Positions 10,006-18,830 are shown, numbered from the stretch's first letter. The stretch: DNA of 64,000 nt from Myxococcales bacterium (GCA_035635635.1 DASQAS010000056.1:18666-82665); one strand, 5' to 3'. Notes: generated from the sequence alone by a model not told the origin. Numbers and translations are program-made.

Positions 10006-11262
10006 GTGGAGCAGCGGGCGCGCGCGAGAGAGCTGGGAGTCGCCCTCGGGCGCTTCAAGCCGGGCAAGTGGAACGCCATCACCGACGTGGAAGGCGTCCT
10101 GGTGGGGCATTCCACGATCATCCGCGGCGCGGCCGGTCCGCTGCGGCGCGGGCGGGGCCCGGTGCGCACGGGCGTCACCGCCATCCTGCCCAACCAGCGG
10201 AACATCTTCGAGCAGCGGGTCACCGGCGGCGGGTTCGTCCTCAACGGCGCTGGAGAGGTCTCGGGCCTCACGCAGCTCCTCGAATGGGGACTGGTCGAGA
10301 CGCCCATCTTTCTCACCAACACCTTGAGCGTCGGCGCGGTCAGCGACGCCGCCGTCCATTGGATGATCGAGCAGTTCCCCGGGATCGGCGACGAGCACGA
10401 CGTCCTGATCCCGCTGGTGGGGGAGTGCGACGACTCCTGGCTGAACGACGTCGCCGGCCGGCACGTCAAGGCGGAAAACGTCCGCGAGGCGCTGGAGACG
10501 GCCACCAGCGGTCCGGTCGCGGAGGGCTCGGTCGGTGGCGGCACCGGGATGATCTGCCTCGACTTCAAGGCGGGGATCGGCACTTCGTCGCGCAAGCTCC
10601 CCCCGGCGCTGGGCGGCTACACGGCGGGCGTCCTGGTGATGAGCAACTTCGGCCACATGCGCGACTTGCGCATCGCCGGACTTCCGCTCGGGCCGTTGCT
10701 CGAGCAGCGCTACCGGCACCTGCACAAGCGGGCCTCGAGCTACGGGAGCATCATCGCGGTCTTCGCGACCGATGCGCCGCTCTCCAGCCACCAACTGGGG
10801 CGCATCTCCAAGCGCGTCGCGCTCGGGATCGGGCGCGCCGGCAGCATCGCCGCGCACGGTTCGGGAGAGATGGTGCTCGCGTTCTCCACGGCGAACAAGA
10901 TCCCGCGGACCACGCAGAAGATGATCTACCACATGAAGATCCTGCTCGATCAGCGGCTCAACCCGCTCTACGAAGCCGCGATCGAGGCCACGGAAGAGGC
11001 GATCCTCAACTCGCTGTGCATGGCGCGGGAGATGGAGGGCGTGAACAACAACTTCGCGCCCGCGCTGCCGCTGGACGAGGTCCGCGACCTCTTGCAGCGC
11101 TCGGCGCTCAGGCCGCGGACGCGACCGCCCCCGCCGGCGAAGGACGTGCCCAAGGCACCGCCGGAAGCGCCGCGGGTCTCGGAGGCGCCGCCCAGCGCCG
11201 CCCGCGGCGCGGAGGGCATGATGACGGTGCCGCTGCCAAAGGAGCCGGGGACCGGCTCGTGA
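10006..11262 (+). CDS. DmpA/BapA-type (peptidase family S58/P1) aminopeptidase
   Basis: Start is GTG. Family-typical features are NAITDVEGVLVGHSTI, TGVTAILP, FVLNGAGE and the self-processing region GSVGGGTGMICLDFKAGIGTSSR. The tail is Pro-rich. Confidence 0.85.
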   Translation: MEQRARARELGVALGRFKPGKWNAITDVEGVLVGHSTIIRGAAGPLRRGRGPVRTGVTAILPNQRNIFEQRVTGGGFVLNGAGEVSGLTQLLEWGLVETPIFLTNTLSVGAVSDAAVHWMIEQFPGIGDEHDVLIPLVGECDDSWLNDVAGRHVKAENVREALETATSGPVAEGSVGGGTGMICLDFKAGIGTSSRKLPPALGGYTAGVLVMSNFGHMRDLRIAGLPLGPLLEQRYRHLHKRASSYGSIIAVFATDAPLSSHQLGRISKRVALGIGRAGSIAAHGSGEMVLAFSTANKIPRTTQKMIYHMKILLDQRLNPLYEAAIEATEEAILNSLCMAREMEGVNNNFAPALPLDEVRDLLQRSALRPRTRPPPPAKDVPKAPPEAPRVSEAPPSAARGAEGMMTVPLPKEPGTGS

Positions 11263-11358
11263 CCGGCCCGGCCGCCGAAGGCGGCTCAGCGGCGGCGTTT
11301 TGATGTAGAGTGCGCGACCCGTTTGAGCCGTGGGGTCGTACCTTTCAGTGGAGACGAG

Positions 11359-11589
11359 ATGGCCCGTTCGAAGAGCAAGCACATCCGCACCATCATGCAG
11401 CGCCGCAAGCACTGGAAGGGGCGGATGAAGCGGATCAAGGAAGCGGTCAAGGCGAACGGCGGCAAGCCGTTGCCGCGGAAGCCGGCGCACGTGAAGAAGA
11501 ACCCGCCGCTGCCGCCTCCGCCTCGCGCGCCCGAGGCCACCGCCGCCGCGCCGTCCTCTCCGCCGCCCGCCCCGACCGCGCGCGCCTGA
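11359..11589 (+). CDS. Small basic protein with a Pro-rich tail (hypothetical)
   Basis: The ATG is preceded by GGAG about 8 nt upstream. The product starts MARSKSKHIRTIMQRRKHWKGRMKRIKEAVKANGGK and continues with a PPLPPPPRAP tail. I recognise no family, and the coding call rests on RBS spacing and frame only. Confidence 0.45.
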   Translation: MARSKSKHIRTIMQRRKHWKGRMKRIKEAVKANGGKPLPRKPAHVKKNPPLPPPPRAPEATAAAPSSPPPAPTARA

Positions 11590-11666
11590 TTTCACCGCGG
11601 CCGGCCGGGCGGGCGCTCGCACGGTCAGCCGGAGCGCGCCTTCCGGCGGATGCCTATCTTCCGCCC

Positions 11667-12398
11667 ATGCTGGCGGAAGCACGGGTGGGGACGAGCGGGT
11701 TCGCGTACCGGGAGTGGGTCGGATCGGTGTACCCGCCGGAGGCGGGACAGGGGCAGCTCCTGCCGCTGTACGCGGAGCGGCTGTCGGGCGTGGAGATCGG
11801 GTCGCTGCCTCCGGAGCTCGCCGAGTCGTGGAGCGCGGCGGTCCCTCCGGGGTTCCAGTTCGCGCTCAAGGCCCCGGCCCGCGTCGCCAGCGAGCTGGCG
11901 TCGGGCAAGGGCGGCGCGCGCGCGTTCGCGGCCTTCTTCGACATCGCGGCAAGGCTCGGCGACGCGCTCGGCCCCGTGCTCATCCAGGTGCCCGGGTCGC
12001 GCACCGCCGATCGCCACGCGCTCGGCTCGTTCCTCTCTTCGCTCCCCGAAGGCCTGCGCGTGGCATTCGAGTTCAAGCACCCGTCGTGGCACGACAACGC
12101 CACCCTGCGGATGCTGTCGGCGCGCGAGGCCGCGCTGGTGCTCACCGACGACGGGCGGGGTTTGCCGCGGCTGGAGTTGACCGCCGGCTTCACCTACCTG
12201 AGGGTCCGCCGGGACGACGATCGCCCCGATCTGATCGACGCGTGGGCGGAGCGCCTGGGGCTTTTGACCCGTCGCGGGATCGACGTGTACGCGTTCCTCA
12301 AGCACGACCGCAAAGGGCGCGCCTTCGACCGCGCCCTGAGGCTAGCAACGTTGCTGCGTGCCGAGTCACAGGTTGGCGAGCAGGCGATGCTCAGCTGA
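11667..12398 (+). CDS. DUF72 family protein
   Basis: The product starts MLAEARVGTSGFAYREWVGSVYP and contains LGPVLIQVP, AFEFKHPSW and VYAFLKHD, which follow the DUF72 (YecE-like) pattern. Confidence 0.85.
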   Translation: MLAEARVGTSGFAYREWVGSVYPPEAGQGQLLPLYAERLSGVEIGSLPPELAESWSAAVPPGFQFALKAPARVASELASGKGGARAFAAFFDIAARLGDALGPVLIQVPGSRTADRHALGSFLSSLPEGLRVAFEFKHPSWHDNATLRMLSAREAALVLTDDGRGLPRLELTAGFTYLRVRRDDDRPDLIDAWAERLGLLTRRGIDVYAFLKHDRKGRAFDRALRLATLLRAESQVGEQAMLS

Positions 12399-12469
12399 TG
12401 AGAAATTCGGGGAGCTTCGACAGGGATCGCGCGACGTGAGGCAGCCGACCCAGAATTAGCGCGCGCACA

Positions 12470-12602
12470 GGCGGCGGGACCAGCGTGGCCGGGCCGCCGC
12501 AAGTTCAAAAACCGCCGGGTCGCCAGGGAAGGGAAGTTGTGGCGCCGCGTTCGCGGTTTTTGCATGTCCGAAGCGGCGGCCGGCCATGCTGGTCCCGCCG
12601 CC
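12470..12602. repeat. Long nested inverted repeat (about 133 nt extended hairpin) in a convergent intergenic region
   Basis: The outer arms 12470-12500 and 12573-12602 are reverse complements: about 30 bp with one bulged G and one G-T position. An inner perfect 10-bp pair joins CAAAAACCGC (12506-12515) to GCGGTTTTTG (12553-12562). Confidence 0.7.
12506..12562. terminator. Candidate bidirectional intrinsic terminator
   Basis: An A5 tract, a GC-rich imperfect hairpin and a T5 tract (CAAAAACCGCCGGG...GCGTTCGCGGTTTTTG) sit between the convergent DUF72 gene (ends 12398) and FmdB gene (ends 12682). The arrangement reads as hairpin plus U-tract on both strands. Confidence 0.5.
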
Positions 12603-12681
12603 GTCACGGCGGACCTTATCGAGAGGCAGAGAGACGCCATCCGGTTTGAACCGACTGCTCACTTGTGAACTGAAGCCGCGC

Positions 12682-12996
12682 TCACTCGGACTTCTTCCCC
12701 GGGTTCGAGCTCTTCGACGGATTGTGGCTGGGCGGAGCGCCGCCGGTCGAGGGCGACGGCGTGGCCGCCGCGGGGGCGTCGCTGGAGGGTTTGCTGGTGC
12801 CGGCGTCGGCCTTGCTGCTGGAGCTGTAGAGGTCCTTGTACCAACCGCCGCCTTTGAGCTGGAACGAGTTCCGGCTCATGATCTTGGCCATCTTGCCGCC
12901 GCATTCCGGACAGGCGTCCGGGGGAGGGTCGCTGACCTTCTGGAGGCGCTCGACGATGCGGCCGCAGTTCTCGCAGACGAATTCGTAGATCGGCAT
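12682..12996 (-). CDS. FmdB-family zinc-ribbon protein (CxxC...CxxC)
   Basis: The N-terminus MPIYEFVCENCGRIVERLQKVSDPPPDACPECGG is the classic FmdB/CxxC_CxxC_SSSS signature. It is followed by a low-complexity Ser/Pro/Ala tail. Confidence 0.85.
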   Translation of the reverse strand: MPIYEFVCENCGRIVERLQKVSDPPPDACPECGGKMAKIMSRNSFQLKGGGWYKDLYSSSSKADAGTSKPSSDAPAAATPSPSTGGAPPSHNPSKSSNPGKKSE

Positions 12997-13006
12997 CGGG
13001 AATAGA

Positions 13007-14164
13007 TTAACCCAGGCTCAATAGCTTCTGCAGCCGGACCGCGTCGTCCCGGTTCAGACGCAGCTTCTTCGCGAACAATTCCAGCGCGTCCCGCTTCCCC
13101 GAGAGGCTGGTCCAGATCACGCCGGCCCGCACGGCCACCTCGCGCTCGAGCCCCTCCAGGACACCCAGATCGGCCAGCTCGTCCCGGCGGTGCAGCACCT
13201 GCTCGATGCGCTCCCGGGGCCAGCGCCGGCGCAGCGCCTCGCGGCGGAAGCGGTCGCGGGTGGAGTCCAGCTCGCGCGCGACGCCGCGCTCGAGGGCGAT
13301 CTCCCGCAACGCCTCGGGGGTGATGCGCAGCTCGGCGGCCACCTTCGACTGCGACCCGCGGTGCATGGACCAGAGCCCGCGGATCAGGTCGCGCTCGCGC
13401 AGGGCAAACTCGCGCTCCAGACCCGCGGCGCGGAACCGCGCGAGCAGCGCCCCGCCCGAGACGTCGAGCCGCTCCGCGAGCGCCGTCCGCCGCGGACCGA
13501 GCTCGGCGAGCACGGCCTTCAACAGATCCTGCTCGGACACCGCGGCGCCCCCCGGAGGGGCCGGGGCGGAAGCGGCCCTCGCGGGACGGCGCCGCACGGG
13601 TGGGCCGCTGTGGCCTGCCACCGCGCGGGCTACCGGCATCTGCGCGTCGGTGCCGCGGGCGATGCGATATGCCCGGCGCCGGATCCCCAGTGCCTCCAGC
13701 TCCTCGTCGAGCTCCTCCAGCGGAACATGCAACGCCCGCGCCACGGACGGCCCGTCGCGGTGATACGCGAACAGCCCCAGCAGATACTCCACGCGCTCGG
13801 CATCCGTGGCCCGGCGGCGTCGCCTGGGCGCGGCAGCCGGAGCGACCTTCGGCTTAACCTTGGCTCCGCTCCGGTGTCCGCCGACCATCGCGGCGAGCGC
13901 GTCGCGCTCGTTGAGCAGCTGGTAGTAACCGGAAAGCTCACGGGCTGCGGCCACTTGCGGGTCCGTCCCGCGGGCCAGATCGGCCCATCCATACGGGCCC
14001 AGACCGGGCTTTGGCGGATGTCGCAGGAGCTGCCGGAGGTTCTTTTCCTCCGCGGAGGTGAGGGTGGCCAAGGCAGCGCGGATCTCAGCGTCCTTGGCGC
14101 GTTCCGTAACTGCACGGACTGCAGCGACCAGCGCGTCCTCTACTCTGGCCGGGTCCCGCGGCAT
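13007..14164 (-). CDS. Hypothetical protein with a possible Fis-type helix-turn-helix
   Basis: ATG at 14164 is chosen inside ORF 13007..14383; upstream codons overlap the cyclase promoter region. The segment HRGSQSKVAAELRITPEALREI resembles HTH_8 (Fis-type) motifs. The rest has no family I recognise. Confidence 0.55.
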   Translation of the reverse strand: MPRDPARVEDALVAAVRAVTERAKDAEIRAALATLTSAEEKNLRQLLRHPPKPGLGPYGWADLARGTDPQVAAARELSGYYQLLNERDALAAMVGGHRSGAKVKPKVAPAAAPRRRRRATDAERVEYLLGLFAYHRDGPSVARALHVPLEELDEELEALGIRRRAYRIARGTDAQMPVARAVAGHSGPPVRRRPARAASAPAPPGGAAVSEQDLLKAVLAELGPRRTALAERLDVSGGALLARFRAAGLEREFALRERDLIRGLWSMHRGSQSKVAAELRITPEALREIALERGVARELDSTRDRFRREALRRRWPRERIEQVLHRRDELADLGVLEGLEREVAVRAGVIWTSLSGKRDALELFAKKLRLNRDDAVRLQKLLSLG

Positions 14165-14237
14165 GGGGGCGCGCAACTTCACGAAAACTGCCGTACAAGT
14201 CAACTCGAATACTTGCCTGGACCCACCGCTCGGACGG

Positions 14238-15680
14238 ATGCTTGTTGCCCCCATGCGCCGGTTTCCGCTCCGCCTGAAGATCGCCGGGTTTGCGGCCGGA
14301 TTGGTCCTGCTCGCGACCGGTCTGGTGGCGCTGTTCACGGTCATCTTTCCCTGGCGGGCGAAGCTGAAGTGGCAGGAGCACATCGCCTCGTCGCTGGCGA
14401 AGACGGCGCTGCCGCCGTCGATCGATCTCCGGGCGGACGGCGCTCACTTCGACCCGGCGCGCGTGCACGCGCTGGTGGCGAACTCGAGCCGCGTACAAGG
14501 TGTGGAAATTGTCTACGCGTTGCTCTGGGACGACAAGGGTCATCTCGACCAGGCCGCCTCGTCGGTGAACGCGCAGCTTCTCCAGAAGGCATCGGAGCCG
14601 CTGGCCCAGCTCTACTTGCGCGACCGCGCCCGCGCCCTGGAGGTGCTCGCGCTGGGCCGCAAGCAGCCCGGCATCCGGCGGCTGCCCATCAAGCTCGCCA
14701 CGGACGAGGGGCATGCGACCATCGGCCGGCTCGATCTAGGCCTCTCCACGGTGGCCATCGACTCCGAGCTGCGGCGCACCCTGATCCGCGACGCCTTCGT
14801 GCTCGCAGGCACCCTGTTCTTCGGCGTCTGGAGCGCGCTCTGGATGGCCCGCCGCATCGCCCAGCCGCTCACCGACCTGTCGGCGGCCATGGGCCGGGTG
14901 CGCGAGGGCGATTTCGAGATCACCGCCGCCCCCAGCGCGCGCACCAACGACGAGATCGGGGACCTGGCCCGCTCCTTCGACGAGATGGCACACGGGCTCA
15001 AGGAGCGCGAGCGCTTGCACGGCACGTTGGGCCGCTATGTCTCCGGCGACGTGGCGGAACGGATCCTCTCCGAGGACGACGACCTGGCGCTGCGCGGGGA
15101 AGTCCGCCACGTGTCGGTGCTGTTCCTCGACGTGCGCGGCTTCACCACCATCTCCGAGAAGCTCACGCCCGCCGAGGTGGTGGCGTTGCTCAACGAGTAC
15201 TTCGACGTGGTGGTCGACCGGGTCGGCGCTCACGGCGGAACCGTCAACAAGTTCATCGGCGACGCCGCGATGTGCATCTGGGGCGCGCCCAAGCCGGCCG
15301 ACCAGGCGGAGCGCTCCGCGGTCCTCTGCGCCCTGGAGATCCAGGCGCGCGCGGCGCAGCTGTCCGCCGAGCGCAAGCGGCGCGGACTCACCACCGTGGG
15401 CTTCGGGATCGGCATCAACGCGGGCGAGGCGGTGGCCGGCAACCTGGGCGCCGCCAAGCGCCTCGAGTACACGGTGATCGGCGACGCGGTGAACCTGGCC
15501 CAGCGCCTCGAGTCGCAGGCGCGCGCGGGCGAGGTGCTGGTCTCGCAGCGCGTCTACGAGAAGGTCGCCTCCGAGGTCGAGGCGCTCCCCCGCGACCCGG
15601 TGAAGCTGAAGGGCAAGTCCAAGCCGGTGCCGCTCTGGGAGATCCGACGGGTCAAGGTCGCCGCCACGGAGGCCGCGTGA
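14238..15680 (+). CDS. Membrane-bound class III adenylate/guanylate cyclase with a HAMP domain
   Basis: There is a TM helix (IAGFAAGLVLLATGLVALFTVIF), a second TM plus HAMP region (WMARRIAQPLTDLSAAMGRVREGDFEI), and a cyclase core (VSVLFLDVRGFTTISE...GGTVNKFIGDAAMCIWGAP...GINAGEAVAGNLG...YTVIGDAVNLAQRLE). An alternative start lies at 14253. Confidence 0.88.
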   Translation: MLVAPMRRFPLRLKIAGFAAGLVLLATGLVALFTVIFPWRAKLKWQEHIASSLAKTALPPSIDLRADGAHFDPARVHALVANSSRVQGVEIVYALLWDDKGHLDQAASSVNAQLLQKASEPLAQLYLRDRARALEVLALGRKQPGIRRLPIKLATDEGHATIGRLDLGLSTVAIDSELRRTLIRDAFVLAGTLFFGVWSALWMARRIAQPLTDLSAAMGRVREGDFEITAAPSARTNDEIGDLARSFDEMAHGLKERERLHGTLGRYVSGDVAERILSEDDDLALRGEVRHVSVLFLDVRGFTTISEKLTPAEVVALLNEYFDVVVDRVGAHGGTVNKFIGDAAMCIWGAPKPADQAERSAVLCALEIQARAAQLSAERKRRGLTTVGFGIGINAGEAVAGNLGAAKRLEYTVIGDAVNLAQRLESQARAGEVLVSQRVYEKVASEVEALPRDPVKLKGKSKPVPLWEIRRVKVAATEAA

Positions 15681-16648
15681 AGCGGCTGTTCGCGGCGTCG
15701 CTGCTGCTGCTCTTGCCGGTGGCCGCGTGCGACGACGACAAGGTGACCGCGCCCGACGAGCTGACCATCGTGGTGCAGGGCGACCGCCGCGAGGTGGAGC
15801 AGCTGGAGAAGTCGGTCCGCGAGCGCGAGGAATCGCTCAAGCGCGACAAGGAGCAGCTCGACTCGCGGATCGCTGAGCTCGCGCGCGGCCTGAAGGCGGC
15901 GGCGGACGCGGAGCAGCGGCGCAGGCTCGAGGAGGAGCTGCGCCAGTCCCACGCCCTGGAAGGGCAGCTCGGCGTGCGCGTCTCGGCGCTGCAGGCGCAG
16001 AAGATCGAGGTGGAGGCGAAGAAGCGCGCGGTGGACGCGGACCTGCAGCGCGCGGCGCAGGCCGCCCTCGACGCGCGCTCGGCCGCGGTCGCGGCCCGGG
16101 AGGCGAAGGTGGCGGAGCGGGAGGGGCAGCTCGCGGTGTACGAGCGCGATCTCTCGCAGCGGTACAAGGACGTCGCGCTGCGCGAGAAGGCGGTCGCGGC
16201 GTTCGAGCGGCAGGGGCCACCGCCCGAGTACCGGGATCGCAAGCAGGTACCGAAGGCAGCGATGGTGGAGCAGAAGCACAAGAAGCTGCTCGGCGACCTG
16301 GACGCGCGCGGGATCCTGATCACCGATCTGCCGGCCGAGGAGCAGCCGCTCAACGCGGAGATCTTCTCCGCGCGCAGGCAGCGCGACTTCGCCCGGGCGA
16401 TGGATCTGATCAACGATCTCACCAAGGCGGTCGCCAAGCTCCGGGTCGATCAGCGCTTCGTGGAAGGGAAGATCACCCGGCTGCAGGGGGCGCGCGGCAC
16501 CGCCAGGCTCTCCGACATGCAGCGGGGCGAGATCGAGAAGCTGCTCAAGGACGTGACCTCCGCGTTCTCCGACGGACGCTACGAACAGGCGAACAAGGGG
16601 CTGAACCGCATCGCGGTCATCCTGGACGCGAGCACCGCCTCGGGGTAA
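15677..16648 (+). CDS. Coiled-coil lipoprotein
   Basis: GTG at 15677 overlaps the cyclase TGA (GTGA). The lipobox is LLLPVAAC. About 200 aa of heptad-like E/R/A/K-rich sequence follows. Only the last 323 codons of ORF 13190..16648 are accepted. Confidence 0.7.
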   Translation: MKRLFAASLLLLLPVAACDDDKVTAPDELTIVVQGDRREVEQLEKSVREREESLKRDKEQLDSRIAELARGLKAAADAEQRRRLEEELRQSHALEGQLGVRVSALQAQKIEVEAKKRAVDADLQRAAQAALDARSAAVAAREAKVAEREGQLAVYERDLSQRYKDVALREKAVAAFERQGPPPEYRDRKQVPKAAMVEQKHKKLLGDLDARGILITDLPAEEQPLNAEIFSARRQRDFARAMDLINDLTKAVAKLRVDQRFVEGKITRLQGARGTARLSDMQRGEIEKLLKDVTSAFSDGRYEQANKGLNRIAVILDASTASG

Positions 16649-16658
16649 ACGACCCCAC

Positions 16659-17243
16659 GTGAGCGAGGGCGCCGCAGATCCCCACCGGCTCCGGGTCCGT
16701 TCCGGGCTGGGGTTCGTACAGTTCCTGCGGCCCGCCCTCTACGTGCTCCTGGTCCTGTCGGCTCTCTTCACCTTCTGGTCGGGCGGGGCGGTGGCGGGGC
16801 GCTCCTTGCCGCGCTGGACCCAGAGCGTCGCCCCGACCATCTTCGCCGTCTTCCTCGCCATCTTCGCCTTCTACCGGTTCGCGCTGATGCGGGCGAAGAA
16901 GTACCCGGCGGCCATCGGCCTCTTCCAGGTCGGGCTCGGCGCGCTGATCTGGGTGCTCCTCTTGCCCTCGACCCGGCAGAAGATCGCGCCGCCCTCCGCG
17001 GCCGACGAGGTGCCCGTGTTGATGGGCTCGCCCGACGCGCGGGTGCGCGCCCTCGCCGTGGAGGTCGCGGGCTATCGCCGGGACTCGCGGTACGTCTCCG
17101 ACCTGATCGGGCGGCTCGACGACGCGGACGCGGCGGTGCGGGCGAAGGCGCACGTGGCGTTGGTCCGCCTGACCGGGACCGATGCGGGGCTGGAGCCGGA
17201 AGCCTGGCGCGCGCTGGCCCGGCAACGGGGCTGGACGCGTTGA
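16659..17243 (+). CDS. Membrane protein with C-terminal HEAT-like repeats
   Basis: Start is GTG. There are three hydrophobic helices, followed by SPDARVRALAVEVAGYRRDSRYVSDLIGRLDDADAAVRAKAHVALVRL, a HEAT_2/PBS-lyase-like repeat pattern. Confidence 0.7.
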   Translation: MSEGAADPHRLRVRSGLGFVQFLRPALYVLLVLSALFTFWSGGAVAGRSLPRWTQSVAPTIFAVFLAIFAFYRFALMRAKKYPAAIGLFQVGLGALIWVLLLPSTRQKIAPPSAADEVPVLMGSPDARVRALAVEVAGYRRDSRYVSDLIGRLDDADAAVRAKAHVALVRLTGTDAGLEPEAWRALARQRGWTR

Positions 17244-17292
17244 ACTGACGCGCCTTGACGCTTCAGGCGGCCCCCGGTAGATTCTCGTTTCG

Positions 17293-17311
17293 AGACTGAG
17301 AATCAATTTCA
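17293..17311. promoter_or_regulatory. Fur-box-like operator upstream of fur
   Basis: GAGACTGAGAATCAATTTC matches the 19-bp consensus GATAATGATAATCATTATC at 14/19 positions. It ends 3 nt before the fur ATG. It is part of a 7-bp inverted repeat, GATTCTC (17281-17287) / GAGAATC (17299-17305), in a locally AT-rich patch. Confidence 0.5.
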
Positions 17312-17313
17312 AA

Positions 17314-17805
17314 ATGAAGCGAACCGCCGCCCCCCGCAAGCCGTCCACCGCCGCCGCCGCCCGCGAGCGCCTCGCGAGCTGGATCGCCGCCCGCGGGCTC
17401 AAGGCCACCCGCCAGCGCGACCTGATCGTCGATACCTTCTTCTCCCAGACCGGCCACCTCTCGGTGGACGAGCTGGTGGAGAAGGCCAAGCAGCGCGACC
17501 CGAGCATCGGCGCCGCCACCGTCTACCGGACGATGAAGATCCTCGCCGACGCCGGCCTCGCCTCCGCCCGCCACTTCGAAGGAGGGCAGACGCGCTACGA
17601 GGCCGCGCTCGACCGGCACCACCACGACCACCTGATCTGCACCTCCTGCGGGAACATCGTCGAGTTCGAGAACGAGCGGATCGAGGAGCTCCAGGACCGG
17701 GTGGCCGAGGAGCATGACTTCACCGTCACCCACCACAAGCTCGAGCTGTACGGTCTCTGCTCCGCGTGCAAGCAGCAGCAGTCCCACCCCAACCGGCAGC
17801 GTTAG
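17314..17805 (+). CDS. fur: Fur-family transcriptional regulator
   Basis: The product contains KATRQRDLIVDTFF...HLSVDELV...ATVYRTMKILADAGL (winged helix), a HHHDHLICTSCGNIVEF metal site and a C-terminal LYGLCSACK. Confidence 0.9.
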   Translation: MKRTAAPRKPSTAAAARERLASWIAARGLKATRQRDLIVDTFFSQTGHLSVDELVEKAKQRDPSIGAATVYRTMKILADAGLASARHFEGGQTRYEAALDRHHHDHLICTSCGNIVEFENERIEELQDRVAEEHDFTVTHHKLELYGLCSACKQQQSHPNRQR

Positions 17806-17849
17806 CACCTACCCACGAAAGAACCTCTCATGTCCTGCGATCGATGGTT

Positions 17850-17868
17850 GAGAATGAGAATCACAATC
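17850..17868. promoter_or_regulatory. Fur-box-like operator overlapping the start codon of the next gene
   Basis: GAGAATGAGAATCACAATC matches the Fur consensus at 15/19 positions. The ATG at 17854 lies inside it. Confidence 0.6.
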
Positions 17869-18585
17869 TCTCTCAACGCGCTCCTGGCCGCCGCGCTGTT
17901 CGCGCCGGCCGCGCGCGCCGACCGGCGCACGATGATCCGCGCCTACGAGTACATGACCCAGCCGGAGGGTAATCTTGAATTGGAGATCTGGAACGACGTC
18001 GCGGCTCCCAAGGACGGCGGGTTCGATGCTGCCGTGGTCACGACCCGCATCGAGCTGGAGTACGGCATCACCGATCACTGGGACTTCGCGCTCTACCACG
18101 TGTTCGTCCAGGAGCCCGGGGCATCGTACAAGTTCGACTCCTGGCGGCTGGAGACCCGGTACCGCCTGTTCGAGCAGAACGTGCTGCCGGTGGATATCGT
18201 TCTCTATCTGGAGGCGGAACGTCCCGTCGACTTCACCGCCCCCTGGGAGCTCGAGGAGAAGCTGATCCTGGAGAAGACCTTCGGCCGATTCGCGCTGGTG
18301 GGAAACATCATCGGCGAGCAGAGGCCGGGGCATGCCAACCAGGGCTACGCGTGGGAATTCGACCTGGGAGCGCGGTACGAAGTGGTTCCGCAGCTCCGCA
18401 TGGGCGCGGAGTTCTGGACCATCCGCGAGACGGTGGCCGGCAATACCGAGGCGACGTATTTCCTCGGTCCCTCCGTCTCCTGGGCCACCGGCAAGTTCTG
18501 GCTGCAGCTCGGCGCCGGCTTCGGGCTGGGCGACCAGAGCTCCGGCGCCACCTTCGTGCGGTCGGTCCTGGGGATCAACCTGTGA
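17854..18585 (+). CDS. Exported protein, probable outer-membrane beta-barrel (candidate Fur regulon member)
   Basis: The signal peptide is MRITISLNALLAAALFAPAARA. Alternating beta-strand-like segments follow. An alternative ATG lies at 17830. I recognise no family. Confidence 0.7.
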   Translation: MRITISLNALLAAALFAPAARADRRTMIRAYEYMTQPEGNLELEIWNDVAAPKDGGFDAAVVTTRIELEYGITDHWDFALYHVFVQEPGASYKFDSWRLETRYRLFEQNVLPVDIVLYLEAERPVDFTAPWELEEKLILEKTFGRFALVGNIIGEQRPGHANQGYAWEFDLGARYEVVPQLRMGAEFWTIRETVAGNTEATYFLGPSVSWATGKFWLQLGAGFGLGDQSSGATFVRSVLGINL

Positions 18586-18830
18586 TCCGCGCGGCGCTCC
18601 TCCTGCTGCTTGCGGCGGCCTGCAGCTCGGCGCCGTCGCACCCGCTCTCGCAGGAGGAGCGCCTCTACCGGTCCAAGTGCACCTCCTGCCACCGCGCGTA
18701 CGAGCCGGGGGAGCGGAAGGACTGGCCCCAGGTGATCGACAAGATGCAGGCGGAGCGGAAGACGCGGCTCACGGAGGAGCAGCGGGCGCAAATCCTCGTC
18801 TTTCTGCAGGGCACCGGGATGTCCAGGTAG
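18582..18830 (+). CDS. Small lipoprotein with a single CXXCH motif (putative haem c-binding)
   Basis: GTG at 18582 overlaps the upstream TGA. The lipobox is LLLLAAAC. CTSCH is the only CXXCH motif. The product is 82 aa. Confidence 0.6.
   Translation: MIRAALLLLLAAACSSAPSHPLSQEERLYRSKCTSCHRAYEPGERKDWPQVIDKMQAERKTRLTEEQRAQILVFLQGTGMSR

Noticed and set aside
12399-12681. Small ORFs in the inverted-repeat intergenic region: 12456..12662 (-), 12194..12640 (-) and 12586..13005 (+). A possible 6S-like RNA was also considered.
   Set aside because: The ORF translations are low-complexity and lack RBS context. For 6S RNA I see no large central bubble or the usual gene context, so only the repeat and terminator are reported.
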